This document shows, piece by piece, positions 16,099 through 17,500 of a stretch of DNA of 17,500 nucleotides. A program made the translations under genes and the position numbers. The notes beneath the pieces are model-generated. The model was not told where the DNA came from. It saw only the letters and a list, made by a program, of their open reading frames with translations, and searched no databases. This DNA comes from Candidatus Helarchaeota archaeon. GTDB lineage: Archaea > Asgardarchaeota > Lokiarchaeia > Helarchaeales > RDOG01. Position 1 is the first letter of the stretch, and each line of letters begins with the position of its first letter. The stretch is taken from positions 1-17,500 of the forward strand of contig JALGVI010000102.1 in assembly GCA_029838215.1 (NCBI GenBank). Direction: 5' to 3'.

Positions 16099-16610
16099 CC
16101 GTAGTACTGACCCTGGTCGTTCCTTGCAAGCAATCGCCGTAAATCATTTCGGAGCTTCCGATCGAGTTCCTTCTGCTTGTCCGAGATGAAATCAGGTTTA
16201 TTTGAGAAAAGAATCGGTCCCTGTAATGACAGAGGAGACCTCAACGTTTTCTCTATCGGAACGGGATCGTTACGGAGAACATCAGAAATTAATGCATTTA
16301 TGGGATTTTTATCCAGCAAGTCATTTTTCAATCGCTCTAATTGTTCGGAAAGAAGCGGTCTGAAACCAAAGCTAGGACTCTGTCTCTGAACAAGACTTGC
16401 TTCATCAGGGTTCCCTATCTTCATTCCGACTCCAAGCGATCTCGGTTTAAAAAGGCTGTCAAGTTTAACTTGCCAGACCCCGTGATTTGGGTTTGAAACG
16501 AAAATATTCCCATTATTGAATTTATCACGATTCACGGACATGTGCCAATCGAGCGGATCCTTGTTATAAAGCTTCATGATTTCATACAGGATTTCTTGCA
16601 CGGATTTCAT
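16095..16610 (-). CDS. Hypothetical protein, probably of a conserved archaeal family
   Basis: Intact 171-aa ORF convergent with hisK (4-bp overlap). The N-terminal DP..W...G.IFV..P..GVWQ.K pattern recalls uncharacterised haloarchaeal proteins (from memory, not searched). Confidence 0.65.
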   Translation of the reverse strand: MKSVQEILYEIMKLYNKDPLDWHMSVNRDKFNNGNIFVSNPNHGVWQVKLDSLFKPRSLGVGMKIGNPDEASLVQRQSPSFGFRPLLSEQLERLKNDLLDKNPINALISDVLRNDPVPIEKTLRSPLSLQGPILFSNKPDFISDKQKELDRKLRNDLRRLLARNDQGQYYG

Positions 16611-16836
16611 CTATCATCACGTTGATCGAAATAGCATATATTCAGGCTATATAGGTTTTTAGTGGCTTTTTAAATTTTCTAATTTCTTGCAATTCTTTAA
16701 TAACCAAAAGTTGGTTAAACTTCATCAATTATCAACCAGAGCAATTTTTAAACCAAACTTTTAAATCTACTAATGAAAAAGTACGAACCTATTGGTTTAA
16801 AATTTAAAAAAATGGATTAAAATTCAAAAAGGTGTT

Positions 16837-17277
16837 ATGGAAATGGGAAGTGCCGTATGGGATGGTGCAGATGATTTCGTTGCCAGTGTTAATGAACCTT
16901 GGGTGATGTTGATAACCATTGCGTTATCTGCACCGTTTGCAGTCTATAATATTCTTATGAGTGTCCTATCAATTCTGTCAAATCTAGCGATATTATTAAA
17001 TCCCCTCTCTGCTATAATACCCTTGATAGGTGCCATCGTGCCTATCAGCATGGGTATCGCCTCCTTAGTCTGTGGAATTTTAGCCGGTGTTTTATATCAA
17101 TTGATCATTGCGCCTGCAGTATCTGATGATACAATGACAGTGGCGAAGCATGTTTGGCTCATCATCATCATGGTGATTAGCTTTTTTGCAGGGTTAGCGG
17201 GAGTCTGGATGTTCGTGATCTGGCTTTTTAAGTCGATTCTAGGTGCTCAACCAATTTGGGATGCCGCCCCTTCGTAA
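16837..17277 (+). CDS. Hypothetical multi-pass membrane protein
   Basis: 146 aa, almost entirely hydrophobic helices, followed by T-tracts. Confidence 0.7.
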   Translation: MEMGSAVWDGADDFVASVNEPWVMLITIALSAPFAVYNILMSVLSILSNLAILLNPLSAIIPLIGAIVPISMGIASLVCGILAGVLYQLIIAPAVSDDTMTVAKHVWLIIIMVISFFAGLAGVWMFVIWLFKSILGAQPIWDAAPS

Positions 17278-17290
17278 ATAAAAAACGAAA

Positions 17291-17326
17291 TTTTTTTCTT
17301 TTTTCTTTTTTCTTGGGATTTTTTTT
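17291..17326 (+). terminator. Oligo-T tracts (archaeal-type intrinsic terminator)
   Basis: TTTTTTTC-TTTTTTC-TTTTTTC ... T8 begins 14 bp after the stop of 16837-17277. Confidence 0.5.
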
Positions 17327-17386
17327 CAGATAATTCAAGAGAATTGATGAGATGGTCAACCAAACATTTAAAATAGAAATGCATTT

Positions 17387-17500
17387 AGGTTAATCATCAG
17401 CTTCGTAAAACTTGGACAATCCTGCACGTTTAAATTTTTTCACGCGGTGTTCCCGTGATGACACGCGCTTTAATTAGCACTTTCGCCGCCCTTTTTCATC
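17387..17500 (+). mobile_element. Second IS607-family left end (inverted relative to the copy at 180-293); tnpA expected to start just beyond the window
   Basis: 111/114 identity to the reverse complement of 180-293. Begins at AGGTTAATCATC and ends exactly where the ATG follows in the other copy. Confidence 0.85.

Noticed and set aside
467-16389. Short ORFs antisense to or overlapping longer genes (467-682, 869-1063, 4315-4572, 5803-6015, 6755-7021, 8086-8325, 8484-8702, 9109-9426, 9776-10027, 10310-10492, 11955-12137, 12145-12390, 12760-12966, 13018-13233, 13045-13257, 13334-13624, 14348-14725, 14676-14999, 14885-15196, 16177-16389)
   Set aside because: They are shadow frames of well-supported genes, with no recognisable motifs.
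1-17500. CRISPR array or cas genes (CAST hypothesis)
   Set aside because: There are no regularly spaced repeat-spacer units or Cas motifs. The 31-bp duplication has no spacer, and the 17-bp end sites are irregular and degenerate.
180-17500. The 114-bp inverted repeats as terminal inverted repeats of one 17-kb transposon
   Set aside because: The left copy leads outward into an IS607 tnpA, so these are left ends of two separate outward-reading IS elements. IS607 elements lack TIRs.

Overview
AT-rich window, probably archaeal and possibly Asgard/Lokiarchaeia-like (an inference from gene content and TATA/BRE-type promoters). It is bracketed by two near-identical IS607-family left ends in inverted orientation: 180-293, followed by a truncated serine-recombinase tnpA, and 17387-17500. 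The centre holds a Tn7/Tn5053-superfamily operon on the minus strand: a fused TnsA-TnsB transposase (866 aa), a TnsC/TniB AAA+ ATPase (336 aa) and a 516-aa protein with an N-terminal HTH-like region and six ~67-69-aa basic repeats. That protein sits where TniQ/TnsD is normally found. A decayed paralog of the repeat gene lies at 287-1405, broken by a 31-bp tandem duplication, a 1-bp deletion and the IS607 insertion. Between the two repeat genes is a frameshifted ~1002-aa surface protein (putative clan-CD His/Cys peptidase, hydrophobic hairpin, Ig-like repeats), an orphan paralogous 3' remnant and three tiny membrane ORFs. A candidate transposon end with about six 17-bp repeats lies at 11253-11455. 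To its right are host-like genes: a HEAT-repeat protein, membrane proteins, a degenerate Mrr-like protein, dapF, a PHP-family histidinol phosphatase and a hypothetical protein. The best candidate for a new system is the TniQ-less Tn7-like element, which may select targets with a modular tandem-repeat DNA-binding protein. That role is a hypothesis from gene position and sequence features; it has not been demonstrated.
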